Below, in pieces: positions 19,269 to 29,962 of a DNA stretch of 64,000 bases (positions are counted from its first letter, which is position 1; the number at the start of each line of letters is the position of its first letter). Below the pieces are notes generated by a model. It was not told the origin of the DNA. It was given only the letters and a program-made list of their open reading frames with translations, and made no database searches. Where the stretch lies: positions 15,126 to 79,125 of the forward strand of contig CAJGEC010000002.1 in the NCBI GenBank assembly GCA_904502285.1, written 5' to 3'. The translations under genes and the position numbers were made by a program. The stretch comes from an uncultured Alistipes sp. (lineage in GTDB: Bacteria > Bacteroidota > Bacteroidia > Bacteroidales > Rikenellaceae).

Positions 19269-20318
19269 TTACAAAATCAACATCGCATCACCATAAGTGC
19301 CGAAGCGATAACCCTCCTTAGCGGCAATCTCATAGGCCTGCATAACGAGGTCGTAGCCACCATACGCTGCAACCATCATCAGCTGGGTTGAGTATGGCAA
19401 GTGGAAGTTCGACACAAAGGCATCAGCAGAGGTAAACTGGTATGGGTGGAAGATGAACTTATTTGTCCAACCCTCCATAGGCTTAAGCATACCTCCCACA
19501 GAGACCGCAGTCTCCATAGCACGCATAACGGTAGTACCGATAGCTACAATCTTGCGACCATCACGCTTCGCCTTATTGATAGTCTCAGCCGCCTCCTCAG
19601 TGACGAAGAACTGCTCAGAGTCCATCTTATGCTTCGACAAATCCTCAACATCTACGGTACGGAAATTTCCAAGGCCCACGTGAAGGGTGATGAACGCACG
19701 GTCGATACCCTTAATCTCCATACGCTTCATAAGGTGCTTCGAGAAGTGAAGACCTGCCGTTGGAGCCGCCACAGCGCCCTCCTTCTCGGCATAGATGGTC
19801 TGATACCACTCAGCATCCTCTGGCTCGACCTTCTCTCTAACCCAGCGTGGGAGTGGAGTCTCACCGAGGTTATAGAGCGCCTCCTTGAACTCCTCGTAAG
19901 AGCCATCATACAAGAAACGCAGAGTACGACCACGAGAGGTGGTGTTGTCGATAACCTCGGCACCCATAAGTTCGTCATTACCGAAAAATAGCTTATTACC
20001 GATACGTATCTTACGTGCTGGATCTACCAAGACATCCCACAAACGCAACTCTCGGTTGAGCTCTCGGAGCAAGAAAATCTCGATATCGGCACCCGTCTTC
20101 TCCTTACAGCCCTGGAGGCGTGCAGGGAATACCTTGGTGTCGTTAAACACAAACATATCCTTCTCGTCGAAGTACTCGATAATATCCTTAAAGGTGCGGT
20201 GCTCGATCTCGCCTGTTGAACGGTGAAGGACCATAAGTCGGGCATCGTCACGGTTTACCGTAGGATACTTAGCAATCATATCCTCGTTAAACTCAAAGCC
20301 ATACTGAGATAACTTCAT
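19269..20318 (-). CDS. queA: S-adenosylmethionine:tRNA ribosyltransferase-isomerase
   Basis: [46 protein letters not shown]. Confidence 0.97.
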   Translation of the reverse strand: MKLSQYGFEFNEDMIAKYPTVNRDDARLMVLHRSTGEIEHRTFKDIIEYFDEKDMFVFNDTKVFPARLQGCKEKTGADIEIFLLRELNRELRLWDVLVDPARKIRIGNKLFFGNDELMGAEVIDNTTSRGRTLRFLYDGSYEEFKEALYNLGETPLPRWVREKVEPEDAEWYQTIYAEKEGAVAAPTAGLHFSKHLMKRMEIKGIDRAFITLHVGLGNFRTVDVEDLSKHKMDSEQFFVTEEAAETINKAKRDGRKIVAIGTTVMRAMETAVSVGGMLKPMEGWTNKFIFHPYQFTSADAFVSNFHLPYSTQLMMVAAYGGYDLVMQAYEIAAKEGYRFGTYGDAMLIL

Positions 20319-20367
20319 ATCTTTTCAAAAAAAACAATTAACAATCAATATATATACGTAAAAATCT

Positions 20368-21081
20368 CTATTTTGTTTCACACTCACGCAACTTTTCCAT
20401 AAACTCGTCGAGCGTATGGGCCGACTCTACGCTATGCTCTCCACTGCGTGTGCGACGCAACGAACTGAGGTAGGCACCACTCTGCAACTCCTCGCCAATC
20501 TCGAAGGCTAACGAGCGGATATAGGTACCCTTGCTACACTCCACACGTATCTTGACACGTGGCATATCGTACTCCAAAATCTCCATTGCGTAGATGTTAA
20601 TCCTTGCTCGCTTGAGCTCCACCTCCTCGCCAGCACGTGCTATTTCGTAGGCCCTCACACCCTGCACCTTCTTTGCCGAGTAGAGCGGAGGGAGCTGGTC
20701 GCGCTCACCACAGAGGCGCTCAAGGGCCTCCTCAAGGCTCTGACGGGTGATATGCTCCGTAGGATAGGTAGCATCTACCTCGTGCTCCATATCGCCCGAA
20801 GGGGTTGTAGCACCGAGTTGCAACTCTGCGACATACTCCTTGCGCTCGGCCTGAAGGGCCTCAACACGCTTAGTCGCCTTACCGATGCACACCAGCAACA
20901 CTCCCGTAGCCAGAGGATCGAGCGTACCTGCATGACCAATCTTTATCTTGGGGTAGCCACACTTACGCAACTGAAACTTTATCTTGCGCACAACATCCGC
21001 CGAGGTCCACTCATAGGGTTTATCGATAACCGCCACATAGCCCTCAGGGAAATCGACGCCCTGTAATGTAAAATCTTCCAT
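20368..21081 (-). CDS. truB: tRNA pseudouridine(55) synthase
   Basis: GHAGTLDPLATGVL, PPLYSAKKVQG, CSKGTYIRSL. Confidence 0.97.
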   Translation of the reverse strand: MEDFTLQGVDFPEGYVAVIDKPYEWTSADVVRKIKFQLRKCGYPKIKIGHAGTLDPLATGVLLVCIGKATKRVEALQAERKEYVAELQLGATTPSGDMEHEVDATYPTEHITRQSLEEALERLCGERDQLPPLYSAKKVQGVRAYEIARAGEEVELKRARINIYAMEILEYDMPRVKIRVECSKGTYIRSLAFEIGEELQSGAYLSSLRRTRSGEHSVESAHTLDEFMEKLRECETK

Positions 21082-21091
21082 ATACTATATA

Positions 21092-21886
21092 TTATAAGAT
21101 ATATGTTCCAAGCGCAACACAGCCCACAACGGCACAGTAGATAGCAAACCATATCAACTTACCGCGCTTGACCACACCTATCATAAACTTACACGCCAAA
21201 CAACCCACCACAAAGGCCGACAAGAAGCCCGCAACCAACGACGCCGTGCTAACTCCCGTGAGCGAGAAGCCTCCACCAACAATATCCAAGAGAGCCTGAC
21301 CCATAATGGGGGCTAAGACCATAAGGAATGAGAAGGTAGCAACCTTAGCCTTGTCGTTGCCGAGCAACAATCCCGTAGCAATCGTAGTACCCGAACGCGA
21401 GAGTCCTGGCATAGAGGCCACGGCCTGACCCACACCGATAATGAAGGCATCGCGATAGGAGATTGTCTGCTTCTGGCGAGGATGCGCATAGTAGGCAAAG
21501 GCCAAAAGGGCTGCAGTGAGCAACAACATAGCTCCAACAATAGCGATAATATATTGCGAGCCGAGCATAGCATCTATCTTATCACGAAGCAGAAATCCCA
21601 CGATACCGATAGGTAACATAGAGATTATCAGTTTTAGAATAAAACTCTTCTCGTCGTTCATTCCCTTGGTAAAGAGGCCTCGCAACAGAGCCCACACCTC
21701 GTGCCACAACACTACAATAGTGCTGAGCACCGTGGCGGCGTGAAGCATAACGTCGAAGGTGAGGTTGTCCTCAATCTCCACACCGAGCAACTCCTTAGCC
21801 AACTGCAAGTGGCCACTGCTCGACACAGGCAAGAACTCCGTGAGCCCCTGCACCGCTCCCAATATCACCGATTCAAGAATTGTCAT
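21092..21886 (-). CDS. uppP: Undecaprenyl-diphosphate phosphatase (BacA)
   Basis: QGLTEFLPVSSSGHL and PGLSRSGTTI motifs. Confidence 0.96.
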   Translation of the reverse strand: MTILESVILGAVQGLTEFLPVSSSGHLQLAKELLGVEIEDNLTFDVMLHAATVLSTIVVLWHEVWALLRGLFTKGMNDEKSFILKLIISMLPIGIVGFLLRDKIDAMLGSQYIIAIVGAMLLLTAALLAFAYYAHPRQKQTISYRDAFIIGVGQAVASMPGLSRSGTTIATGLLLGNDKAKVATFSFLMVLAPIMGQALLDIVGGGFSLTGVSTASLVAGFLSAFVVGCLACKFMIGVVKRGKLIWFAIYCAVVGCVALGTYIL

Positions 21887-21891
21887 ACCCC

Positions 21892-22152
21892 CTACTCCTT
21901 ATCCGTAATATCAAATCGCTTCATTATCGCCACGCCCACAACGACAAAGCCCACGATAACGACTATCGGAGCAAGGGTTATGCGACGGAACGAAAAGATA
22001 GAGTCGTCGAAGTAGTCGGCAGTATGGTTGCCACTACCCGACATAAGGATAAAGCCCACGACGATAACCAACACGCCAACGAGCATCATAACGTAGTTCT
22101 TCGTGGTAAAGGGCATACGATTCTGACCCTGATTATTTCCCTTAGTAGACAT
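21892..22152 (-). CDS. DUF3098-like small membrane protein
   Basis: Two TMs, IFSFRRITLAP; typical position between ftsX and uppP. Confidence 0.85.
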   Translation of the reverse strand: MSTKGNNQGQNRMPFTTKNYVMMLVGVLVIVVGFILMSGSGNHTADYFDDSIFSFRRITLAPIVVIVGFVVVGVAIMKRFDITDKE

Positions 22153-22170
22153 AATATTTTCGTTATTCTC

Positions 22171-23058
22171 TTAGTAGAGATGTATTTTATTTGACTTCAT
22201 ATTCACAAACTTGTTCACTGCAAAGAGGCTGAACAACAGCGTAATGACGAGACCCATAACTACGATGGTAGCGACAATGATACCCACCTCTCGGTAGTCG
22301 AGTAGCGACAATCCCTCGACACTCACGACCTCAGCACCATAGACGATGCCACAGACCATCAACGCCGCCAGGATGCCAGCCAAGATACCCTGCTTGAGTG
22401 CCGTCGCCATAAATGGCTTCATAATATACCACTTCGTAGCACCCACGAGTTTCATCGTGTTGATAAGGTAGCGCTTAGAGTAGATAGCCAAGCGGATGGT
22501 GTTGTTGAGCAGGAGCAACGAGATGAGCAACAGCACACCCAAAAAGATTATGAGACCCATTGTCACGTGCGAGATAGTGCTATGCATACTCTCAACGATC
22601 TCCACAGGTGGCACAGCCACATACTCCACACACTCGAACTCCTTAACCAGAGCCACGAACTCCTCGACACGCTCTGCCGTAGAACACTCCTTAGCCAAGG
22701 TGACCTCATAACTATCACGCAACGGATTCTCGCCGAGCAACATCTCTAAATCCACCTCAAACTGCTCGCGGAAGGCCTCGTCTTCAAGTTTGGCATCGCC
22801 ACTAAGAAACTCCACCCTACTGCTCATTCCAGAGTTCTCGATAGCCAAGAACAACTCCTCTCGCGAGGTGTCCCCCTCGACCATTGGCGAGAGTTCCACC
22901 GACACCACGACACTATCCCTAAGGCGTGCGGCTGCCGACACCGCCGTAAAGGTGACATACGACACCACACCCAACATAAAGAGTACGAGGGTGATACTCA
23001 TCGTAGAGATTATATACGAACGGCGTACCTTGCGCTCTATTCTTCTATCCTTTGACAT
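22171..23058 (-). CDS. ftsX: Permease-like cell division protein FtsX
   Basis: STMSITLVLF, GENPL, NNTIRLAIYSKRYLINTMKLVGAT. Confidence 0.92.
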   Translation of the reverse strand: MSKDRRIERKVRRSYIISTMSITLVLFMLGVVSYVTFTAVSAAARLRDSVVVSVELSPMVEGDTSREELFLAIENSGMSSRVEFLSGDAKLEDEAFREQFEVDLEMLLGENPLRDSYEVTLAKECSTAERVEEFVALVKEFECVEYVAVPPVEIVESMHSTISHVTMGLIIFLGVLLLISLLLLNNTIRLAIYSKRYLINTMKLVGATKWYIMKPFMATALKQGILAGILAALMVCGIVYGAEVVSVEGLSLLDYREVGIIVATIVVMGLVITLLFSLFAVNKFVNMKSNKIHLY

Positions 23059-25640
23059 ATATTTTCACTTTTAGGTTTCATCACACAAGCACCGATAACG
23101 GCAACAAATATTGCGATGCTACAAATTGCCATTATCACCGAGAGTACTCCCCAGCGAGGGGCCTCGAAGCGCCACTCCACGCTATGCTCTCCAGCGGGAA
23201 GTTCCGCACCACGCAGGATATAATCGACAACGAAATACTCCATCTGCTGGCCATCGACATAGAGGCTCCAGCCATCACGGAAGTATATCTCCGAGAAGAC
23301 CACCAACGAAGGGGTCACAGAGCGGTAGTCGTAGCGCAACCTATTTGGGGCATACTCCACCAACTCTATCTCGCCCTCGGCATCGTAGTAGGTGGCAAGA
23401 CCCTCGGTTGTAGCATCCACAACAGCCACCGTGCGGAGGTCCACACCATCCAAGGCCTCAAGTTGTGCCTTTGCCCCCTCCTTCGCCTCGACACTCTCTA
23501 CCAACCACGCAGCACCGTATGGTTCAACACCCGTAACCCACTCGGCAAGCATTGGCTCACCGTCGTAGATAACATAGCGAGTGTTCAACATAGCGAGCAC
23601 CTCGGCATCGAGGCGTCGCAGATACCTATCGATAACCTCCTGGTAGCGTCCCAACTTAGCACCGTGGTAGCCACCCACCGAGCGGTGGAAATAGGATGCA
23701 CGGGCGCTATTGAAGGGATCTCCCGTAAGGTCGAGAACCCTAAAGCCAAGGGTCTCATCCTCCAAAATCTCCAAGTCCGCCGCCGTAGCAACGAGTTCCG
23801 TAGGGGCCTTATCCTGCCACTTCTCGTCGTAGATATATCGCTGGGCAACGCCCACCAAATCCCTAACCATCATGATAGCCACCACAAGCGTCATTGCCAC
23901 GGTGAGCCACTTCACAACATTCGCCCTTTGGCGCAACCTCTCGCGCATCACCACATAGGCAACCAACACTATCGCCACAAGGGCCACATAGAGCGTTGTG
24001 CGCACGGCATCAGCAAGGAGTGCCGAATGGCGACCTTCGTAGGCTGCCGAACGCAACTGCTCGACCCAAAGTCTATCACCAAACTGCTCATTAATACCCT
24101 CAAGGCCATAGTTCGCCGTGAGCATCATCACCACGACAACCACTACGACAACTCCCAAAGCGATAGCTATGCGCTTGATAAGTGCCTGCTTCGGTGCCTC
24201 ACTCTTGATTATCGCCCAGAGCGCCATCACCGCCAACAAAGGCATAGCCCACTCCACAACGACCAGCGCCATAGAGACCGTACGGAAGTTGTTATAGCCA
24301 GGCAAAACGGAGTACACAACCTCGTAGAAGCCCATAATATTTGCACCCCAGGCCAAGAGCATCGCAAAGAGCGACACCGCAACAATCCAAGCCACACGCC
24401 TAAAGGGCAACAGCATCAGGGCCAACAAGGCCAAGAAGATGACCACCGCTCCGATATAGGTTGGGCCAGCGGTATAGGGTTGTGCGCCCCAATAGTTCGA
24501 GGCGTATGCCCACGCCTCCTCACTAATGGCGCTATAGATACGCTCGACATCCTGCACACACCTCTCGTCGCCCGACTCCAAGCGCGCTATAACATCCGAA
24601 CGTCTCTCCCCTGTGACAGCATCGGCATACTCATCTACGGCCAAATTAAAGATACCGCCCTGAGTCATAGGCTGTTGCAACACAGACACCACCTCGTTAT
24701 TAATGTCGGTAGAGGATGCACCCATATAGTTTGGCACGAGCATATTGAGGCTCTCGCCAATGCCGTAACTCCAAGCCGTATTATACTCTATCTTCTGCTG
24801 TCGAGCCACCTCGGCATCTACAGCCTCGCTCACACCACGGGTCGTATATTTCTGATGCTCAAGTGTATACCACAATGGCGAAATATTTGAGCCCACGGCC
24901 AACGCCGCCGCAACAGCCAGTACTGCCGTGCGCTTAAAATAGCGAGCCACAACACCTTCACGCCACGCCTCAACGAGCAACGACAGCCACATAGCCACGC
25001 AGACCAAGAGGAAGTAGTAGGTTATCTGTGGGTGGTTAGCGCCAATCTCCAACGAGCCGAAGAGGGCTGCCAACGAGGCACCAAGCCATAGATTACGTCT
25101 CAGTGCATACCACACAGCACCCACCAATGGCGGAGCGTAGACCAAAGCCCACATCTTGGTTATGTGTCCCGCGTCGATGATAAGGAAGAAGTATGTGGAG
25201 AGGCCGTATGCCAATCCCGCAATGATGCCGAGCCAAGGATTGACACCCATAAGTACCACAGCAACCATCATAAGGGCCATTGCCCAAAAGGTCATATTCA
25301 TTGGGTCGCCAATGCTCTTAATGATTGGCGAGGCCGCACGCTTGACATACTGCTGAGGGTACTCCACATCGATAAGGTAGGCAGGCATTCCCGAAAACAT
25401 ATTTCCTGTCCACTGAGGATCCTCTCCCGTTTCAGAACGGTGCTCACGTATATCCTGCGACATACCAGCATACTGCGCAATATCGCCCTGCGAGAGCGAC
25501 TTATCGTCGAACTGAGGAGCATAGAACGTGTAACTCACCACCCAAAAGGCAAGCACCGCCACTAACCAAGGAGCAACCATTTTTGCCACTCGCAAAAAGG
25601 ACTCCTTCACGCTATGCTCATCCACTTTTACCATCTCCAT
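23037..25640 (-). CDS. YfhO-family (GT-C-like) polytopic membrane protein
   Basis: WTGNMFSGMPAY, GHITK, NHPQITYY, GGYHGAKL, FSEIYF, LRGAELPAGEHSVEWRF. Confidence 0.88.
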   Translation of the reverse strand: MEMVKVDEHSVKESFLRVAKMVAPWLVAVLAFWVVSYTFYAPQFDDKSLSQGDIAQYAGMSQDIREHRSETGEDPQWTGNMFSGMPAYLIDVEYPQQYVKRAASPIIKSIGDPMNMTFWAMALMMVAVVLMGVNPWLGIIAGLAYGLSTYFFLIIDAGHITKMWALVYAPPLVGAVWYALRRNLWLGASLAALFGSLEIGANHPQITYYFLLVCVAMWLSLLVEAWREGVVARYFKRTAVLAVAAALAVGSNISPLWYTLEHQKYTTRGVSEAVDAEVARQQKIEYNTAWSYGIGESLNMLVPNYMGASSTDINNEVVSVLQQPMTQGGIFNLAVDEYADAVTGERRSDVIARLESGDERCVQDVERIYSAISEEAWAYASNYWGAQPYTAGPTYIGAVVIFLALLALMLLPFRRVAWIVAVSLFAMLLAWGANIMGFYEVVYSVLPGYNNFRTVSMALVVVEWAMPLLAVMALWAIIKSEAPKQALIKRIAIALGVVVVVVVVMMLTANYGLEGINEQFGDRLWVEQLRSAAYEGRHSALLADAVRTTLYVALVAIVLVAYVVMRERLRQRANVVKWLTVAMTLVVAIMMVRDLVGVAQRYIYDEKWQDKAPTELVATAADLEILEDETLGFRVLDLTGDPFNSARASYFHRSVGGYHGAKLGRYQEVIDRYLRRLDAEVLAMLNTRYVIYDGEPMLAEWVTGVEPYGAAWLVESVEAKEGAKAQLEALDGVDLRTVAVVDATTEGLATYYDAEGEIELVEYAPNRLRYDYRSVTPSLVVFSEIYFRDGWSLYVDGQQMEYFVVDYILRGAELPAGEHSVEWRFEAPRWGVLSVIMAICSIAIFVAVIGACVMKPKSENICQRIEE

Positions 25641-25665
25641 ACCTTATTTAAAAGAATAAATCGCG

Positions 25666-25673
25666 CAAAGGTA
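25666..25673 (-). promoter_or_regulatory. sigma-A -7 box (TACCTTTG) for the yfhO-ftsX operon
   Basis: TAnnTTTG about 26 nt upstream of the ATG at 25640. Confidence 0.6.
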
Positions 25674-25800
25674 CAAAAATTTTGCAAAACTAAAAAGAAG
25701 AATCACCACATTTTTAACTCACTACACACTGATTACAACACGGTTGCCACCAGTCCACCCATCGGCCAAGAAAAAAGTGAAAAATTATTTATTAAAATAC

Positions 25801-25831
25801 TTGACTTCTGGATTCAAATATTGTATATTTG
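25801..25831 (+). promoter_or_regulatory. sigma-A promoter TTG-N20-TATATTTG
   Basis: TTG at 25801, TATATTTG at 25824-25831, about 33 nt before the ATG at 25865. Confidence 0.65.
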
Positions 25832-25864
25832 TGGCGAAAATCCTAACTAAATAATCTTAAAATT

Positions 25865-26458
25865 ATGAGACGACTTTTATCACTTTTGGTCGTTACGAGT
25901 GTAGTCATTTCACTCGTAGCGACAGCGCTCAACTTATGGCAGGACAACCGCCGTTTGCGCAACAATCAACACTCTCTACAACAGGGAATTACACTCTATC
26001 GCACCAAGGCCAACAACTACGCCGCATCTGTCGAGGCCCTTTCGCTCGAATTGGATGAATTTCGCCATCTACACGCCTCCGACACCAAAACCATTCGAGA
26101 GTTAAAAATCAGACTCCGCAACGTGGAGAGTGTCGCCCAAAGCGTAACCTCCACAACCCTGCGAGATACCCTAATTCTGCGAGACACTATCATCCTCGAA
26201 CAACCCCTCCTCCACGCCTCTGCCTCAGACCCTCACAACACCATTTCGGCAACTCTCAGGAGCGACACACTAACCCTCTCGGTACGCAGCATCGACACAC
26301 TCCACCAGGTTATCCACCGAGTGCCACGACGCTTCTGGTTCTTCCGCTACGGCACAAAGGCGATACGCCAAGAGGTGTGGTCCTCAAACCCCAATACCCA
26401 ACTCATCTATACCGAATACATCGAACTACCACGGAGAAAAAGAGGACAATTCCGCTAA
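25865..26458 (+). CDS. Membrane-anchored coiled-coil protein, DUF6549-like (family recalled from Bacteroidales prophages)
   Basis: N-terminal TM, RLRNNQHSL coiled coil, DTLHQVIHRVPRRFWFFRYGTKAIRQEVWSSNPNT. Confidence 0.65.
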   Translation: MRRLLSLLVVTSVVISLVATALNLWQDNRRLRNNQHSLQQGITLYRTKANNYAASVEALSLELDEFRHLHASDTKTIRELKIRLRNVESVAQSVTSTTLRDTLILRDTIILEQPLLHASASDPHNTISATLRSDTLTLSVRSIDTLHQVIHRVPRRFWFFRYGTKAIRQEVWSSNPNTQLIYTEYIELPRRKRGQFR

Positions 26459-26557
26459 CCAATAAAGGGCAAAGGAATAATTTTAGCAAATATTGAGGTG
26501 GGAAGTAGCCTTTGTTTACAAAAAATTCGTATATTTGCCTAATTGAAACCTAATGAG

Positions 26558-27568
26558 ATGATTTCTATTAACGACATTCGCAAACCCATCTTAGGGGATT
26601 TGGAGGCCTTCGACGCCTTTATTGCAGACAACTTTTCGGCCGAGGGAGAGCTCCTTCAGGAGATGCTAACATACGCCCTATCGTCACGTGGCAAGGGCAT
26701 ACGCCCCATCGTGACACTCCTTGCGGCATCGCTCCACAGCCCACACTCTACGGCTGAGCATAACGCCAACGAACGCCACTGCACTAAGCGAACATATCTG
26801 GCCGCAATGCTCGTGGAGATGATACACACCGCCTCGCTCATCCACGACGACGTTCTCGACTCGGCAGACGAGCGACGAGGTCACCCCTCGGTGAATGCCA
26901 AGTGGCAGAGCAATATGGCTGTAATCCTCGGCGACTACATCCTTGCACGAACAATGGCCCTCGGTATGGCATCTGCACAGTACGACCTCATCTCCTATAT
27001 CGGTACAGCAATGGCAACACTCTGCGAGGGCGAAGTGTTACAGAGCCAACACGCTGAGCGATTAGATACCACACGCGACGACTACTTCGATATAATATAT
27101 CGAAAGACGGCCAGCCTTATTGGTGTGAGTGCAGCCCTCGGCGCCTTGTCCGTAGGCGCTTCACGCGAAGATGTAGACCGTATGCGTAAGTTTGGTGAGG
27201 CCATCGGCATCGCCTTCCAGATTCAGGATGACATCCTCGACTACCAGCGTGACAACAAAACGGGAAAGCCTGCCAACAACGACCTCAAGGAGCATAAGAT
27301 AACACTCCCGCTAATCTGTCTGCTTGAGAGAGCCACCGAAGAGGAGGCAAAGGAGATTAAGCAACTCCTCAAGCAGTGCAGCGAAAGCAACGAGGCCCTC
27401 GATACGCTCCACAAAAAGGTCATCAATGGCGGTGGCATAGAGTTCGCGTCGGAGATACTGAAGTCCTACCTCACTCGCGCTATGCACCTACTGCACAAAT
27501 ACCCCGACTCACCCTATCACAAATCTCTGCTCGACCTCTGCTTATTCATTGCCGAGCGCGATAGATAG
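26558..27568 (+). CDS. Long-chain trans-polyprenyl diphosphate synthase (IspB-like)
   Basis: GKGIRP, LIHDDVLD, RRG, KTA, FQIQDDILD. ATG at 26558 preferred over TTG at 26543; TATATTTG box at 26530-26537. Confidence 0.93.
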   Translation: MISINDIRKPILGDLEAFDAFIADNFSAEGELLQEMLTYALSSRGKGIRPIVTLLAASLHSPHSTAEHNANERHCTKRTYLAAMLVEMIHTASLIHDDVLDSADERRGHPSVNAKWQSNMAVILGDYILARTMALGMASAQYDLISYIGTAMATLCEGEVLQSQHAERLDTTRDDYFDIIYRKTASLIGVSAALGALSVGASREDVDRMRKFGEAIGIAFQIQDDILDYQRDNKTGKPANNDLKEHKITLPLICLLERATEEEAKEIKQLLKQCSESNEALDTLHKKVINGGGIEFASEILKSYLTRAMHLLHKYPDSPYHKSLLDLCLFIAERDR

Positions 27569-27609
27569 ACCAAACTTCAGACAATTAACAATCTAAAACA
27601 CAACAGAAT

Positions 27610-28899
27610 ATGAGTACAGAAAAAAGAAGCAATTTGCTGGCCATTATCGTAATGATTCTGCTCTTCGGAATGATTTCGTTCGTGACCAACCTCGCCTCAC
27701 CTATGGGCGACGTTCTTAAGAACCAGTTTGGCGTTGCCAACTGGATGGGAACACTCGGCGTATTTGCCAACTTTATCGCTTACGCCGTAATGGGTATCCC
27801 TGCGGGTAACCTCCTACAGAAGCACGGCTACAAATTCACCGCTTTGGCTGCCGTAGCCGTAGGTTTCACTGGCGTTGGCGTTCAGACCATTGCAGGTCTG
27901 CTTAATGGCGACATCGCATTTGGTGTCTACCTCCTCGGTGCATTCATCGCAGGTTTCTCAATGTGTATGCTCAACATCGTGGTAAACCCTATGCTCAACA
28001 AGCTTGCTGGTGGTGGTAACCGCGGTAACCAGTTGTTGCAGGTAGGTGGCTCATTCAACTCGTTGATGGGTACTGCCGTAATCTTCCTCACTGGTGTATT
28101 CGTGCCAAGCATCGCTAATGCCGAGATTAAGCAGGTATTCCCATTGATGTTCATTGCCTTGGCTATCTTCGCTTTGGCCTTTGTCGTAATCATCTTCACC
28201 AACATCCCTGAGAGCAAGCCAGAGGCTACCACCAATCAGAAAAAGGAGCAGTACGGCCCTATGTCGTTCCGCCACTTTGTGTTGGGCGCTGTGGCAATCT
28301 TCATCTACGTTGGTGTCGAGGTAGGTATTCCTAACGTATTGCAGAAGTGGTTGCAGAATGGTGGTTTGAGCGTTGAGACTGGCGCTGAGGGTATCGCTGC
28401 TACAGTGGCTGCAACCTACTGGTTGTTGATGCTCGTGGGTCGTCTCACTGGTGCTGCTTTGGGTGCAAAGGTTTCGGCTAAGAGTATGCTCACCGCCGTT
28501 TCAGTTATCGGTCTTGGATTGGTCGCTGGCGCAATGCTCCTCGACCCAGCAATCAGCGTAAACCTCCCAGTATTCAAGGGTACTGAGGGCTTCGGTATGG
28601 AGAACGTACCTATCAACGCTGCCCTCTTGGTACTCTGCGGTCTCTGCACATCGGTAATGTGGGGCGGCATCTTCAACCTCGCTGTCGAGGGCTTGGGTCG
28701 CTACACAGAGAAGGCTTCAGGTATCTTTATGGCTTTGGTTTGCGGTGGCGGTATCTTGCCATTGCTCCAGAACTACGTCGTAGACCTCTCAGGCAACTAC
28801 TTGGTAAGCTACTTGGTAATCGTTGCTGGCTTGGCCTACCTCCTCTTCTACGCCCTCATCGGCTCGAAGAACGTAAACAAGGATATTCCAACGGAATAG
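27610..28899 (+). CDS. MFS sugar permease, FucP/GluP family
   Basis: About 12 TMs; NIVVNP, FIYVGVEVG, TSVMWGGIF. Confidence 0.9.
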   Translation: MSTEKRSNLLAIIVMILLFGMISFVTNLASPMGDVLKNQFGVANWMGTLGVFANFIAYAVMGIPAGNLLQKHGYKFTALAAVAVGFTGVGVQTIAGLLNGDIAFGVYLLGAFIAGFSMCMLNIVVNPMLNKLAGGGNRGNQLLQVGGSFNSLMGTAVIFLTGVFVPSIANAEIKQVFPLMFIALAIFALAFVVIIFTNIPESKPEATTNQKKEQYGPMSFRHFVLGAVAIFIYVGVEVGIPNVLQKWLQNGGLSVETGAEGIAATVAATYWLLMLVGRLTGAALGAKVSAKSMLTAVSVIGLGLVAGAMLLDPAISVNLPVFKGTEGFGMENVPINAALLVLCGLCTSVMWGGIFNLAVEGLGRYTEKASGIFMALVCGGGILPLLQNYVVDLSGNYLVSYLVIVAGLAYLLFYALIGSKNVNKDIPTE

Positions 28900-28919
28900 C
28901 AATATCTTTAAACCAACAC

Positions 28920-28959
28920 AGAGGGGTCTCCTACCACAATGGGAGTCCCCTCTCTTTTT
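28920..28959 (+). terminator. Intrinsic terminator after the MFS permease
   Basis: AGAGGGGTCTCC...GGAGTCCCCTCT stem followed by a T-run. Confidence 0.65.
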
Positions 28960-29068
28960 CATCTCTAATTACCAACATCGGTCCTCTTTTCACTTTTTTA
29001 TACGAAAAATTTGTTGTTATTGAATTTTTTTGTACTTTTGCATCAATTGGAAAAAAGTGAACTTAAAA

Positions 29069-29962
29069 ATGTCGAAGGTACCAAAACGCGAAGAGTATCT
29101 AAGGAAGCCCGAATGGCTGAAGATCAGCCTACGTAGTACGGCCGACACTGCCGACGTCGAACAGATCGTCGAGGGTAGGTGTCTGCATACAATCTGCACC
29201 AGTGGAATGTGCCCCAATAAGGCAGAGTGCTGGAGCCGTCGTACCGCTACGTTTATGATTCTGGGCGACATCTGTACTCGCAACTGTCGCTTTTGTGCAA
29301 CCACCACAGGTCGCCCCTTGCCACCCGATGTCGAGGAGCCAAAGAGGGTTGCCGAGAGCGTCCGCCTTATGGGCCTGAAACACGTCGTTGTAACGTCGGT
29401 GACACGTGACGACCTCCCTGATCACGGAGCTCAGATTTGGGCCGAGACCGTGGAGGCCATTCGTCGTGAAAACCCCGACTCAACCATAGAGCTCCTTATT
29501 TCTGATATGGATGCTCGTGCCGAGTTGTTAGACACGGTATTAGCATCGCGTCCCGACATCGTGGGACACAACATCGAAACCGTCGAGAGACTGACTCCTG
29601 AGGTGCGTTCACGCGCCAAGTATCGCACATCGCTTCAGACACTGAAGCATATTGCCGATAGCGGAGCAGTGGCCAAGAGCGGACTTATGCTCGGCCTGGG
29701 CGAGAGCGAAGAGGAGGTACTCCAAACCCTCAAAGACCTTAGAGAGGTGGGTGTATCTATCGTAACCCTCGGCCAATATCTACGACCAACCAAGGAGCAC
29801 TACCCCGTAAAGGCGTACATCACTCCAGAAAAGTTCGAAGAGTACCGACTCAAGGCTCTCGAGATGGGTTTCGCTTATTGTGCGAGCGCACCACTTGTGC
29901 GTTCCTCATATTTGGCGGATGCCGCACTTGAAGCAGTGAGAGAGGTATGCAGAACGAAGTAA
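29069..29962 (+). CDS. lipA: Lipoyl synthase
   Basis: CTSGMCPNKAEC, radical-SAM motif CTRNCRFC, RSSY. ATG at 29069 follows a TACTTTTG box at 29033-29040. Confidence 0.97.
   Translation: MSKVPKREEYLRKPEWLKISLRSTADTADVEQIVEGRCLHTICTSGMCPNKAECWSRRTATFMILGDICTRNCRFCATTTGRPLPPDVEEPKRVAESVRLMGLKHVVVTSVTRDDLPDHGAQIWAETVEAIRRENPDSTIELLISDMDARAELLDTVLASRPDIVGHNIETVERLTPEVRSRAKYRTSLQTLKHIADSGAVAKSGLMLGLGESEEEVLQTLKDLREVGVSIVTLGQYLRPTKEHYPVKAYITPEKFEEYRLKALEMGFAYCASAPLVRSSYLADAALEAVREVCRTK

Noticed and set aside
23052..24890. 612-aa ORF antisense to yfhO
   Set aside because: His/Gln/Arg-rich with no motifs, fully overlapping a well-supported gene; a shadow ORF produced by codon bias.
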